NCBI RefSeq assembly: GCF_006345805.1
Contig: NC_042997.1
Span: 150,846,001-150,910,000 of the forward strand
Direction: 5' to 3'
Length of the DNA stretch: 64,000 bases
Source of the DNA: Octopus sinensis
Lineage: Eukaryota
Below are positions 14,087 through 29,709 of this stretch, one piece after another (position 1 is the first letter of the stretch; every line of letters starts with the position of its first letter). The notes under the pieces are model-generated. The model ran no database searches and was not told the origin of the DNA. It saw nothing but the letters and a program-made list of their open reading frames with translations. Made by a program: the position numbers and the translations under genes.

Positions 14087-14618
14087 TAGTGCACTAATAA
14101 TACTACCACTTAATTCTAAGCTATAGTACATTTAGTTTATTTCTAAACATATACATCTCCTAATTTGTTCTATTTGATTTTATCTCATTCCCCACTTAAG
14201 CTTGTTTAAAATTACATAAATCTATTATTATAGTATGATATACGCTGACCTAATTCTTCGCATTGATAGTAGAAGTATGTGTGTAGGTGAATATTGTCGG
14301 CACATGAATGCGTATTAATACATATGTGTGTTATAAATGCGCAAATAATTATAGAGCGACATCTGGTCAACTAAACAAATTTGATCTTCTACTGACTACA
14401 AAATTACTATCTGACATAAGTATTTGAATGCGAATTGGTATGAGTGAGTGAATGAGCGTATGTATATGAGTGCGTGTACATGGATTTATCTAAGAATATT
14501 CATATGACTTATATGCGTTTGTGAGTGGTTGCAGTTATCAATGAGCTAAGGGTTAGGTTATATATATATATAGGTACATATATATAATATATATATATAT
14601 ATATATGTATGTGTATAT

Positions 14619-14673
<55 letters not shown>

Positions 14674-14679
14674 CGTATG

Positions 14680-14730
<51 letters not shown>

Positions 14731-17660
14731 GTATATATTATGTGTGTGTGTGTGTGTGCTTATGTATATATATATAGACACAACACATACACATATACAT
14801 ATATTGTTCCGCGACATCTTTATCAAAGCCTGTTTGGCGGTAATTTTTGCGTCATTAACTAACAATTATCTTTAAATAAAAAAATATTATTGCACTACTG
14901 TTTAGTCGCCAAAACAAAGTTATGTTGAAAAATAGATCCCAACAGCGAACAGCGTGAATGTTCAAATGGAATATTTAAGTATCGCAGATGGACGTTTGTA
15001 TCACTAGATTAGTAAGTAAGCCATATCTTCATTTTATTTTTATGTCAATAATGAACTTTCTCAGCACCCGACGTAAAGGTAAACAAGGAAAACTGATTGG
15101 CCAATTAAACCGTTTGGAGATTAATGCCCCCAATGAAAATAATAAATAAAACATTTGCTTCCACTGTTATGTCACAGTTAGATCCATCAATGTTACCTGA
15201 CAGATTTCAAATATCTAAAAGCGATTGGAATCTAGAACCACGATTTTAATAAACAGAGAAAAATGTTCTGCAGCATGTATTATGTACTATTTTCCTTTTT
15301 ATATAAACTGTAATATTTTCTAATTTTATGTGTGTATTTGCGTACGTATGCCTTTATAAATTGTTTTGATGGAGCTAAGATCTTTTTCTTGAATGGAGAA
15401 GAAAACTGTAAATGGTAAACAGAAATTCGGATATTTACTAAATGAAAAAAACTATACGAGCAAGATATTTCGATAGCTGTTTTTGGAGTAAAAGCATTGA
15501 CACATCATAAAGATAATATGTAACTTATTTATAAAATACAATATGCAAAAATGCTTCCGAACTCGCAAAGAAAATGCATTCGGGCACAGAAACCTTTAGT
15601 TATTGTTTTTTTTGTTTTTTTTCATTTAAACAGAATATCGTTATTCAGTAGTTATTTCTTTTCAGCAGCAGCTTCCAAAGGAAACCACCTTCACATATCA
15701 AACCTCTATTGGCTGATCAAATATCGTCATATTTATGGTAATACAAAAATATATACCTTCTTAGGTAGGTTCGCAAAGTCGTCATGCACGATAACACTAA
15801 AATACACAAAAGTTAAAGACACATTAGCAAGTGAGTTATAGAGATGTTAGTGTAGAATACCTATCCGCGCGCCAATTATGATATTACAGGTGTGTATCGT
15901 AATGAGTAATTTTTTTGTCATTTAATAACTTATTAAACTTCACATGTAAATGAAATGGGAGGAGAAATCAACTTTTTTTAATGTCAACGGGAATGGTAGA
16001 TAACTTTTCGACCATCAACATATCAAACAGAAAGAGACTTTACCAAAGATTGTGCAGTCAAATGTAATTGAATCATATCCATCGTTTGAGAAAAATCTAT
16101 CCTAGCGAATACGATAGACTTTCGGCGAGTTTCCCATCATCGCCCAGCAGATAAATATAATGAAGCATGCAAAATCTACTCTCGATTGTATAATAGTTCA
16201 CCCTAGATATGGAATTATGTCAAAAACTCATGTAATTTTCGTACGAGAACTACGATATGCAAACGTGTTTGATAATGCATAACGGAATCACTGAGACAGA
16301 CTACATAGAGAAATTGCAGAAAGAAAATATTTTTCATCGTTTATATTGAGTGCGGAGGTGTATCCCAGATGCTTGTAACAGTCTCGATTTCGCTAAGGGT
16401 AAACGCATGAGGGTTTTGTGAAACACAGCAACAACAGACAGATGCCAGCTGGAAAATTCCATATAGATTTCCTTTGATTTACTTCATACACAATCTTCAG
16501 CATGCGGTCGTATGTATTGATTCTGAAATCATATAATCAATTATTAATCAAACAACATCTGGCATTTAGGGATTTTAGAATTTGTTATAATGTGCATGTA
16601 TGGAAAAGAAGTTGAAGACTCTAAATTCTGTTTTTTATATTTAGTTATTTTCTGTCATCAATGAAGAGGGTCAATAAAATAGTAGGGGATAAAACGGCAT
16701 CTTTATATTTGTGCACTGCTGATTAAAAATCAACATTTATTCAAAAGAATTATCTTGTTAAAATCAACTCAATTCTTAGAGAAATCCATAGAAGCTTTAC
16801 TAGCATGAATTTATCTCCTGTAGTTGCAGAGAAATATCCAATATCCGTTACCGGTTTTACATTAAATTTGTATAAAATTTAAACGAGTTTTGAAACACAA
16901 GTGCAGATTTCATCCTTTCTTAAGCCTTATCGCATCAAGACACGCGTTTGAGAATGCTTTAATATTATGTTGAATATTGCTTAGAAAGAAAATGATAAAC
17001 AAATAGAAATATTAAAAAATGTATATTACCAACTTTCAATATATACTATCAATGATTATTTTAATGTAATATTCACTCTTTGATTTTAAAAATCTCGAAT
17101 TGACAGGTTTCGAGAGAAATAGAAAAAATATATGATATATGTATACTGTAAAAAAAAAACGACATGTCGGTTTTCGTAATAAAATGATAGCTAAGAAGGC
17201 TTTCTGCTGTTTCGGTACACATAAAGAAACCAAAGATTCCAATATTGCTATTCAAACAATGTATTCCACACAAACTCAGATATTCAATATCATGCAATTT
17301 TTATGTTTGGAATGCTTTCGTTTAGAATCCACACTAAATATAAGTTGAAGAAAATTTATGTAAAAACATACGATAAAATATGTTGTACATGTAACCACTG
17401 AGTTTGAAGAATTAATATGATATTAATACACATAGATATTACACGTACATATGTACATATACATAGATATATACAAATTAAAACACAAACACACACACGT
17501 TTATATGTATATGTGCATATATATATGTATATATAAATATGTATATATGTGTGTGTGGGTGTTTATATTATATATGTATGTATATATGTGTATGTATGCA
17601 TGTATGTTTGTATATATGTATACATGTATATACCTAATTTATATAAATGCACACACACAC

Positions 17661-17709
<49 letters not shown>

Positions 17710-17735
17710 ATATATTATATATATATATATATATG

Positions 17736-17767
<32 letters not shown>

Positions 17768-18332
17768 ATATATATATATACATATATACATATGCATATG
17801 TATACATAAATATATATAACATACACACACACACACACACACACATTATATAGACAAAATTGTCTATTGTAACGTTATGTGTATGCAAATGAAGCTCCCA
17901 TTTCATTATGTCAGCTATATATGTACGCATGTATGTATTGATTGATTTCGCTCTCCAGGAGAGCAAAAATCAATCATCATGGAGGAATTTACAGTACTCT
18001 GCGAAGGAAGACGCATCATTATGTTCGAGCTACAAGAAAAGGGAATATCAGTAATTGGCTATTGAGGCACCTGTGAAGTGGTGGGGTTTCATCTAATTTC
18101 TCGTTGTATTCGGCCCCTGTAGTCTCCCACTGTGTTCGGAGTATTGTTCCCTACAAAATATAGGTCTGAAGGCTACATAGAATATAGACATGCCACATCG
18201 GAACCAGTGGAAATAAATTGTTAGTTGTGTTCCACAAGAACACTCCCACCAAGTATACATGTTATAATGCGAAACTATTCTGATTCAATAATCTTAAATG
18301 AGGAAGGGTTTCCGGACTGCGATATATTCAGA

Positions 18333-18366
<34 letters not shown>

Positions 18367-20865
18367 CAAACATGCATAAAAATATGTACATATCTGTGTT
18401 TGTGTGCGTGTATATATCTATGTATATTATGTATATGTGTCTGTGTGTGTGTATGGAGCTTTAGCCAGCAGGAAATGATACCAACACATTTCAACCCTGA
18501 AACTTAATACCCACTCCTATTTATCGGTCGGGCAAATCACTACTTATCATCAGCTCCTCGCTCTTGCTTCATAACCAGCATGATGCTCTTTCTGCTGCCC
18601 CTCATTCCTTGTACACGGCCGCCTGTCGCGTTTTTATTCTCATTCCAATAACTATAATCACATCCATAACAACTTGACAGGAAAACCCCTCCAGTTACAT
18701 CGACTATGAGCCTTCATGACCTAATCAATTTTCCCCCTGCAATCCTTTATATATGGGAGTGAGATGATAACTCTCTGTTTTCTCGACAACATGTGCATAT
18801 AAGGCATTAGAAAATGCATAGCAAAAGAATTCCACTTGCATGGAAAATGCATTTCACATGCTTATACCAATTCATCATTCATTAGAATTTCGACTGCAGT
18901 TTATTACGTTTGCACTTCCTTTTTATAGGAACATTTACATACGACATTTATTAACGTGAAGTTTAATGAATGCCCTAGTCTTACTGCTTGACATCTTCAC
19001 CAAACATTATATTCCGGAGCAGTAACTAAACACGAGCCTTCCTATATTATAAATTGGATACCTGCCATATTTAAGAATAAGAGTTGAGTAGAGGGACTTC
19101 TATGTTGGACTTGCCTGCTTCTTTCAAAGACATAACCGATTCTGATTTCCAAGCTCTGCAGGTGTAGTGAAACCCATAAAACGAATTGTTAATATATGTA
19201 TAAAAGTGTGACTTGTCAAACATCATTTAATCTATATTACGATATAAAGACATACAGCGCACATTATAGAGCTATTGTATACATCTTTGCTACAATTAAG
19301 TTCCCATTTTATTTCCATAATGCCCATAGAGACGATCAATAATGTTGGCAATAAAAAAAATAAATTATGATAACCTCTGGGATAATATATTTTGCATGCA
19401 GAAAGATATTAACTGCTCACAGAATAAAATGAAATAATATTCATATAGACTAAACTATAATGTCATTGGAGAATATATATGTATGTTAAATGTAGAGAGA
19501 CATGAAAGAAAGCGAGCTGCAATATAAAATTACAACGCCCGTATACACACATACACGCATACGAGAACAATGATGACAAGTAAATTGATCAAAACAGTAA
19601 CAATATCTTTCGTATACGGTGGAAATCAATATATATATAATGTAAATAAAGTTTTACTTATATACATATCAGTTGATTTAATGTGCATTACGGTCGAATA
19701 TTTAAGAAGGTTATGTTGCAACTACAAGATCCTGGCTTCGATACTGCCACATGGGCCTGTGTGAACATCGTTAGTGTTCAACTAGCTGTTAACTTGTGAC
19801 TGAGATTATGTAAGCAGGAAATGCAGCGAAAACTGACGGGTCGATTCTACCTGTGGTTTAAAGCAGCCTTAAATCACTCTAAGCTCACTCACATATCGCA
19901 ACATGTCAAACTGACTTTTTCTGATATTCATGCATAAACATATATAAAACAATATACATATATATAACAAATAGCTGGACCTGAGTACAAAGTACTACAC
20001 ACAGAGGTTCTAAACAAAACAATGGACGTTTAATGCTGAAAAATCATACATTTTTGTGAGCTTGCATTCGCTTGTGCCTATACAAAGATTACGTTAATTT
20101 TACTATAGACAAACGACAGTTTCACAATATATTTGCATGTAATCTTAGGCAACTGATTTATTCACTAATTTCATTATTATTTGAAATATCAGAGAAGTAT
20201 TTTCTTACGACTTAACACTCTATTAATTCTGCTTAGAATTCACGATAAGAAAAACAATTTTAATTTCACTTCTAGAATAAACAAGCCTGTCCTTTTTATT
20301 TATTAATGTTTACTCTGCAATTCCCACGAACAGGCGTCAGATAAACTAAATCTCAAATGTCGCATTAATTTCGTAGATAAATCTCTTATAGAATCTATGC
20401 TTTTAACAATCAACACAAGTTTTTTTTTATACAATATAAATAGAATGGATTTAAAATGTTATTAAAAATATTACATTTGAAATCTAATATCACAAATGAA
20501 TAAAATATAATGGCGAAATATTGCAAAGAAACTGGAGACTGACAATAGTGTCTCGATCATTAGATTGCTTACAACTAACATCTTTGTTATGGCAATACCT
20601 GTATTGCAGACAAAAAGAAAAAATGCACTACGATGTGGATCAAATAGACTAGTTAATATATGTTCGGAATACTGATCAGCAATTTTGGTTATATGGAATT
20701 ATAATGTCGTAAAGTGACTTTCTGGCTTTTATCTCGAACTGACAGTATATTTAAACAATGTTGTGTACTTCCAGCAGTTTCTATACGGAAATAATACTCT
20801 TTATCTGCTGAGAAATGCAAGTCAGTATATGGACAGCATAATTCTGAGAGTTTTTTAATATTGTG

Positions 20866-20913
<48 letters not shown>

Positions 20914-21229
20914 TTGTGTGTGTGTATGTAAATAATAATGGTATTTTTGTAAGCTTAAATCTTATAGCAATCGCCGTGTAATGACGAAGGGAAATAGTCT
21001 AATAATGGGCCATATAAGCCCTCGACAGAAGAAATAGGCTTTCCCATCTGTGTGGGACTCTAACCACATCCCTTTGTAAACGCGACTAAGTGTCTTACCG
21101 ATTACGCCATGGGGGAAAGCCTACGTATTTTTTTCTGTCGAGGGTTTATATGCCCCATTATTTGACTATTTCCCTTAATCGTTGCATAGTGATAGCTATA
21201 AGCTTTAAGCTTATAAAAATACCATTATC

Positions 21230-21420
21230 ATTATTTACAGAATTATACACCTCGACACTGTTTAACAAAAGGAAAAAAACTTCATTTCGACGATGCTGTA
21301 AAACGCGCCTTCCAAGATTTTATTAACTCTAGATTGCCAGGTTTTTACAGTTCCGGGTCGGACCGCCGAAAGGTCAGAAGTGTATTGACGATATAGGTGC
21401 ATACTTTGATCAATAAAATG
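21230..21420 (+). mobile_element. Mariner transposase 3' remnant
   Basis: KGKKLHFDDAVKRAFQDFINSRLPGFYSSG...QKCIDDIGAYFDQ*. Confidence 0.7.
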
Positions 21421-21487
21421 ATTCCGTGTATTTATAAAACGTTGGCAAACTTTTTCTTGTCTTCAAATTTTATACTTGACGACCTAT

Positions 21488-21559
<72 letters not shown>

Positions 21560-21623
21560 TATATTATATATATATATATATATAAATGAAAGAATGGATT
21601 CGAACGAAGATGTTAACAAAATT

Positions 21624-21716
21624 CCTTTACTCTCGACATATGTTTCGAAGACAACATGGTTTCATTCCAAAGGAATAAAGGGTGCATTATGCAATCTTCT
21701 CATCAGGAAAGAAAGG
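21624..21716 (-). ncRNA. Type I hammerhead ribozyme, apparently intact
   Basis: CCTTTCTTTC-CTGATGA-GAAGA..TCTTC-GAAA-CATATG-TC|GAGAG(T)AAAGG: 10-bp bulged stem I, G10.1-C11.1, palindromic stem III ACATATGT, GUC triplet. Confidence 0.85.
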
Positions 21717-21760
21717 GAGAATTTCGAAATTTTTGTTTGTCTTGTTGTCGAGAGATGCTC

Positions 21761-21851
21761 CCTTTCTTTCCTGATGAGAAGATTGCATAATGCACCTTTT
21801 ATTCCTTTGGAATGAAACCATGTTGTCTTCGAAACATGTCCAGAGTAAAGG
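21761..21851 (+). ncRNA. Type I hammerhead ribozyme, right-arm copy with N1.1 mismatch
   Basis: CTTTC-CTGATGA(21771)-GAAG..CTTC-GAAAC-AT-GTC|CAGAG; the first stem I pair is C-C. Confidence 0.7.
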
Positions 21852-22090
21852 AATTTTGTTAACATCTTCGTTCGACTCCATTCTTTCATTTATTCAAATA
21901 CAACACACAAATTTCTGCACATGAACCCAGAGTTTCTACCCTTGGACAGGTCGCTTCAACCGTGTTTCTGACGTGAATTTGCTACCCTGGTTTCGGTTCA
22001 ACAAATTTTCCATGCTGACGATAAACATAGGATAATTCATTCACCTATTTAAATATATATACATACACACACACAAACACACACACACAC

Positions 22091-22162
<72 letters not shown>

Positions 22163-22261
22163 ATCGTATTCAAAGTGACTAAGTTTGCCAAGCACCACCA
22201 GCATTGCCAGAACCAAAAGTGTGAACAACTCTTAGCTACAGGTAAAGCACTTATCTATTCT

Positions 22262-22420
22262 TTCCTACTCGCGGAACAAGGCCTGAAATTTGGGTTGGAG
22301 CCAGTCGATTACTACACCCACTCCAGTATGCAACTGGTACTTATTTTATCGACTCCGAAAGGAAGAAAGGCAAAGTCAACCTCGGCGGAATTTGAACTCA
22401 GAACATAAAAGCATTTATCT
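22262..22420 (-). mobile_element. SINE family B, partial
   Basis: ACTGGTACTTATTTTATCGAC..GAAAGGAAGAAAGGCAAAGTCAACCTCGGCGGAATTTGAACTCAGAAC. Confidence 0.8.
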
Positions 22421-22714
22421 CTTGACTGACAAGGGAAAACAGCCTCTCTACACGAAGCGAGGAGTGTCATATCATCGATAATTTCGGATTGAATTAAACC
22501 TCACCAGTGATATTCACTCTGCTGGCTAGGCTTAAATTGAACTCACTATGTATGTTTATAGAAAATACCATACGATTTAGTGGCTGATTCACTAAAACTG
22601 TGAAGTGAAAATTATAAATTAAGGTTGCTACTCGCAGTTTAAAAGCCAAAAGTTTGTAGTACTGTCATCACTAAAGTGACTAAGGGTGCAGACAGACAGG
22701 CATATAGATACATA

Positions 22715-22757
22715 GATACATAGATACATAGATAGATAGATAGATAGATAGATAGAT

Positions 22758-22819
<62 letters not shown>

Positions 22820-22835
22820 AAGAAAGAAAGAAAGA
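22715..22835. repeat. (GATA)n microsatellite
   Basis: Direct reading. Confidence 0.95.
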
Positions 22836-24694
22836 CAGGTAGACGAATGTGGTTCAAAGCTGATTTCGACGTACAGGTTCCTGAGATGTTTGAGGAGATG
22901 AACCATCAAGAATCTATATGGTTTTGTTTTCAAAGTATAAAGTTCATTATTCCTACCATGGTATATATTTTCAAAACATAGACAATACTAATTTATTACT
23001 TTCATTTAGCTAAATACCAGAATTTGATAAATGAAAATCAACTGCAAGCAGAGCTACATATGGAAATGGCAATCTTAGGTATTGAAATACATATTGATTC
23101 TTACAAATGCAATATTTCTTGTTCCATTTTGTGTAAACGTTTCGTAATTCAGTGCCACTAAATAAATAAGCTTCGCCCGAGAAATGTGATATTTTTGCAA
23201 GTAATTGCTCCAACGCTACTCATTACATCTACATCACAGTCGGCGGCACTGTGATTTCGTTTATCTAAAAGCTGTATATTTGGCAATTGCAGCTAAAATA
23301 CCGTTATACTTTCGCATATTATAAATGGATTGATATCTTTAGTCCTAGCAATGCGACCGCAATAAATTATCTGTGAAGTTATGCTCGTGTTCTGTACAAA
23401 TCCACAGAACTTTCAAAACCATCAGTTTCTCTATTGATTTCTTGTGAACACAAATTTACTAGTTCCTAAAATACAGATAGATATACCAACCTTATTTTCG
23501 AAGAGAAGGAATTCATGTGATAGGAAATGCTACGGATATTATTTATAAAGTTACTCATTAGATTACTGGTATAAGAGCGGGGGAAAGGGGGAGAGGAGGC
23601 GATTTGAGAGAAGTTATGGTGAGTGAAATATGTAATTTTCTTTGAATAAACGTTTCCTCCGTTCCTTATCCCCGTCTGTAAAGCTTTCATGTGATTAGTT
23701 GAAGGGAAAGGTGAAGAGCGAGAGAAAGAGAGGGTAAGGCGACGAGTGAAAGAGAAAGAGGTATAGTGCTGTCTATTAAATCTATGAAATTGTGCGTAAT
23801 GTATACAAAGTGGATATATAAATTACATTAAGTGATGATCATATTCCAAGTTCTATCATTTTTCGATGTGCCGCAGATGAGTGACTATTTTTTATATACT
23901 GGCAAAATACAGGCTACGATTTCAGATTTTTTGGATAAAGTTTTCAGAAATAATCCAATAAGTTTATCATTAATTCCATGAAATATCCACGGGTCCAGCT
24001 AGTCAATATAATCAACAATAAAATCGTATATATTACATTTGAGGTATATAAAGATGTGCTTTATTTTTTGCTCTTCCATTAAATATAGATGCTTAAACGA
24101 TTATATATACTAAATAACATAGATCTTATCATTCACATATTTAATTTGAGTTGATTGAATGTTCAAAGCTGGAAATATAAACAGTTTTTGAATGACTGGA
24201 AATATGTTAACAAATGTATGAAATAATTGATTGTACATATTATCACATACTCAGCACAACATATACACGTATAGATATTATTTTCATATCCCATCCAAAA
24301 CCACGTCACAGAAGACAATTGTATTATAAATTATTTGCAATGCAATAGAATGATATGTTTAACCGACAACTACATTTGACTGAAAACTACATTCGACTCT
24401 TTCGATAGTTCAAATGTATTTACATGCACCTTATAGCACGCTGAATATAAAGTCCGCTGTTCCCCAACCGGACCTGAAAATACACAAATCTCATGAACTT
24501 GATACTACAGTTGTAACATCATTCGAGTGTTTCCATATTAGATCATTTGTATTTAATTTTAACCACGTTATTATCAACACTTTTATTTTTAAAATTTACC
24601 TTTGGAATTCCAACCTCCTCCAGACCTTTTTCTATTACATAGTGTTTAAATAGATAACTGAAAATCTATTGAAGAAAAACATATATATATATAT

Positions 24695-24755
<61 letters not shown>

Positions 24756-25297
24756 ATATATATGAGATAAACACATAAATGCGGAACGAAGAGGAAAAAT
24801 AGTACTCGAATACCAGATGTTGAGTAATGTGCTTTATTACAAAACAGCAAAAATATCACAAAATCTGCTACTCAGACATTCACGCTCCCATTGGTTAGAC
24901 ATATGTATTTAGAATGGAACAAAAATAAGGTTATAAGCAAAAATATACAATTAGTTTAATAGGCACACATTTGAAAATGGTTTTGTTTCATTGGTCCATT
25001 CAACAAACGGTCTCTTTCATGACGGTTGCATAGAATGAACGAGTTGTGGTATAAAAACATCAGCTTATTATTAAGAAAATCGAAGCAAATCTTCAATCGA
25101 AAATAGCTTATAAAGAAGATCAGTGGCTGAATACCTAGGGTAAATAATTATCAGTAAAATATTAATCAAATATAACATTAAAAGTTATATCCGTTTAAAG
25201 AAATACGTTGGATTACGTATACATTTAGCAGTATATATACATACCAAACCATCTACATACATATACACACTAAACATACAGACGCATGTACATAGCT

Positions 25298-25348
<51 letters not shown>

Positions 25349-25389
25349 AACAAATATAGACAATACATAAATATATATCCAAATGCAAG

Positions 25390-25433
<44 letters not shown>

Positions 25434-26202
25434 ATGCGCGCACACGCATAATATATCTTGGTGCATGCTTAAACAAGTTAGTTGTTACAGGCGAAAGAAA
25501 GAGAAATAAAAAATTAGAGAAAGAAAGGGGAAATAGAAAGGGATAGATAGGGATCATGGCGTTCGAATGTATGTAAAGGCAATTTGATACTCCGTTTCTC
25601 TTGCGCAACGAACGCATAAAAACGCACACAAATTATATGTATATCTACATAAGCACAAAAATAAAATACGAATATACATACATATAGATACGCATACAAA
25701 TATACTAAAACATATACGCAAATACATGCTCACATATACACAACTATTTACACATATGTATACACATTTATATATGTTTGCATATACATATATATGTATA
25801 TAAATATATATATATATATATATTACACATATATATACATACATATTTATATATATATATACACATACATACACAAAAGTATACGCATATACATATACAT
25901 ACATATACACACCTACAATTCATACATATACATGAGTATATAGAGACATATCTTCACATCAAGATAAATATATACATCAGAACGTATATCTACAAAACAT
26001 TTTTTAAACTTTATATATAATATTAAAACATGAAAATATCGAAATTGCATTAATTTGATATAATATAATTAAATACGTGAGTAAGCAAAAAAAAAAAACC
26101 CTCGGTGAAGCTGAAGCTTAAATTTGTAAAACAGTCGAAGGCTTTCTCAAAAAAAAGCATTGGAAAAGAAAACTTAAATTCAAATGCGAAATTCAAAAAA
26201 TT

Positions 26203-26830
26203 TTACAAACACAGTATTTTGTCGGTTGACATTTCATACTTTACGGCATGCCTGCAGGAATTCAACAGCTCGCGTCTATGGTTCAATGTATTTTTATCCT
26301 GGAATATGATGAAGAACTTTTCTGAGAGGCAAAGATTACGTTTTATAGGTCTTTTATAATCTCCATGTCTGGATGCTGATGCTTTTACTAGAATTTCCCA
26401 TGTTAATTTGAAAGGACAGGTGTCATTCTCTTTCACTTCCCAGGCATGCTTTACAAAACTTGTCGCTGTCCTCTTATCGAGGTATTGGAAATAATTTCTG
26501 TGGGAATAGAATCGAGTCTTAAATGAATTTTCCGAAGCACCTGCATATGTTTTATATTCTTGCTAGACATCTACTGGCACTTTGGCTCTATAAACGATTC
26601 CTTTTTCCAGACATTTTCCTTCCAACAAACACCAAATCTCATCTTTGCAGTTGCAGTTCCTCAGATTAAATTCGGCAGAGTATCTCTCTGTAATAATGTT
26701 CGTGTTATGCTGGCTAATAAAAGAGGTGAAGTTATTGCAACAACACTAGCTAACCTTCAGTGTTCTCATTTAAATATTCGATAGAAGTTATGGCTACTTC
26801 CTGAATTCCTAGAGGCACGCCACAAAGTTT
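26203..26830 (-). mobile_element. Penelope-like element remnant: RT thumb-linker and C-terminal GIY-YIG endonuclease
   Basis: RTLKVS*CCCNNFTSFISQHN...RNCNCKDEIWCLLEGKCLEKGIVYRAKV...*..TYAGASENSFKTRFYSHR...TWEIL...NLCLSEKFFI...LNHRRELLNSCRH; two in-frame TAG. Confidence 0.9.
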
Positions 26831-26856
26831 GAAATGTGAGCTGTCATTTATAATGG

Positions 26857-27620
26857 ACAATTATAGACCGTCATTGAGAAAAGACCATATGAAACCATCC
26901 AAGAATTGGTAAAAGAACTGCAAGTCAGTCGGAGAACTGCCTGTAACTATTTATATGCTATCGGAATATCAAAAAGCCTTGACAAATGGGTACTACTCGA
27001 TTTGAATGAAAATCAGAAAATGCGCATGTATGAAGTTCGTCGCTTCTTCTCTGCAACTAGACCGTATTGTAACTTGCGATGAAAAGTGGATTCGACCAAT
27101 TATAAAAATCGGTCTTCTCAGCAGTCGATCCAAAATAAATCCCCGAAAAACTTCCGTAAACTCGAGCTCTTCAAAAACAAGGTTATGACGATGTTTGGTG
27201 GTGTACTGCTGGACTGAACCACTATAACTTCTCAAAACCGGAAAAAGCATTACTGCAGAAAAATATCGCCATGAAATTGCCAAAATGAATGACAAACCGT
27301 TACTCCTCCGTCCCAGATTGAAGAAGGCCAATAATTCTCATAACGATGCACCACCACTCATTTCACTAATGACGCTCCAGAAGTTGAAGAATTCCCGATC
27401 CAGTTCATTCTCCATGCATTTCTCCTACCGACTACCACATTTTCAAGCACCTTGATGGCATCATGCAAGAGAAGAATTTCAAAAATCAAACATGCTGTTG
27501 TTAGTGCGTTCAAAGTGTTCATCACCTCCAGAACTCCATATTTTATGTTCCCCAAATGAAAAAAAATTGTAATCTGTTGGCAGAAAATGTATTGATTGTA
27601 TTGGTACTTACTTTGATGGA
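26857..27620 (+). mobile_element. Mariner-type transposase pseudogene
   Basis: KSLDKWVLLDLNENQK (WVPHEL-like), LDRIVTCDEKWI, DYHIFKHL, WQ..CIDCIGTYFD; frameshifted. Confidence 0.9.
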
Positions 27621-27903
27621 CCACCTTAAATGGTTTTAGTCAAACAAATAGACCTCTGAATTTATTCTATCTTACCATTGCCGAACCGCTGTATTACAGG
27701 AATATAAATACCGTGCCAATTGATGTCATGTGATAGTGAGGAGAAAAACACACACACACGCACATAAATATATCCATCTATCCATCCATCCATTAATCCA
27801 TACATACATTCATTCATACATATATACATACATACATACACACATACATATATACATACATGCATGCATATATATATTTATATATATGCATATATACATA
27901 TAT

Positions 27904-27959
<56 letters not shown>

Positions 27960-28151
27960 ATAGTATATATATATTTATATATATGGTTATCGTGTTTTCA
28001 CTTAAGAACGTACTACACTATAATATACAGCTCGTCGAAATATATATATATATATATATATACGCATTACTACAAACAGAAACAGCCACTGACATAAATA
28101 TCTTTCTATGTATCAATATCTATTTCACTCTCTCTATATATATCTCTCTCT

Positions 28152-28214
<63 letters not shown>

Positions 28215-29527
28215 AATACATATGTATATACATGCATACATATGGATATAGGGGAAATGATATAGTGAGAGAAAGATACAGAGAGCATCCTCTCACGACA
28301 TCAACGAAGATGGTTTTCTCAATGTTCCATCGTGAATGTTTGTCTTTCCATATGTTTGGTTGGCCTTTAACTTCATGTTATGTTTCAGTGAATAGAATAT
28401 CACTGCGGATAGTGGACTTAGCGTGCGTATTCACCAAATTATATCGTATCTCAATATTGTCTTGTCTTCATCATTATAGCGCAGTACATCAAAACACGCA
28501 CGACATTGAACAACAGTACAGATGCGTGCAATGTATCCGTAAATCTTCTCTTTAGTTTTGTTTCATGTCATGTTTTATTCTGAACCCTCATGTGAAGCAA
28601 ACATAGTTAAATATTTGTATACGTGTATATGTTTTTGTATTTGAATGTGTACATCTGTCTGTTTGCTAGTGTATTGGGTATTAAATATATTACGAAGTAG
28701 TTTCGTATTTACTCATTTTTTTATGTACAGAATGCTATGATGAAGATCTAGAACGTCACAGAGGGATTTGTGAACTACTTGGAACATAACTTCGAGGGAC
28801 GCATAGGATGATATAAAACAAAACAATAAAAAAAGGAGAATTGTTGATAGAAGAATGAAACATCCTAAGAATTCACGGGGTAACTATAATATAATTCTGC
28901 ATTGATAAATGTTTACATATACAAAGAGGGGAAGAAAAAGAAAGATATATATATCTATAGATATACATATACGCGTGCATATATACTTGTATATATGTCA
29001 ACGTATACATATCAGCACACGCATATCTATGTATGCATATACATATCTATGTATGTATATATATATATATATATATTTATATATCTATACGCATGTATAT
29101 ATATATACATATATATATATACACACACACACGCACATGTATGTATATATATATGTATATATATATATTATAGATATATATATATATGACTCTGTGTGTG
29201 TGTGTGCACAATCAATAGCTGTATCCCTATATTCACCAATATATTTGAATATTGTAGTGTAAATTAAATATCAGATCGTCTATCCAGTCAATGTGGTTCA
29301 TTTACTCCATATTGTTACTCTATATTGCTGATAGCAATAGCACTTAACTATAAAACTGACTTTCATCCCTGTTTAGTTGAAAAAATATAATTGCCACCTT
29401 TACAAGTAGTCTTACAAACCTATGCATATAGCAAAATGCATATCTATACATACACACAAACACACACACATACTTATATATATATTTATATATACAAATA
29501 TATAAGATTTATATACGCATATATACG

Positions 29528-29576
<49 letters not shown>

Positions 29577-29636
29577 TATATATACACACATATATATATA
29601 CATATATACATATATGCATATTATATATAAATATAC

Positions 29637-29709
<73 letters not shown>

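Larger units (their letters stand above)
21582..21893. repeat. Fold-back inverted repeat (arms 21582-21719 / 21758-21893), PLE pLTR-like
   Basis: Arms are reverse complements with only a few differences; 38-bp spacer; left end joined to (TA)n. Confidence 0.95.
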
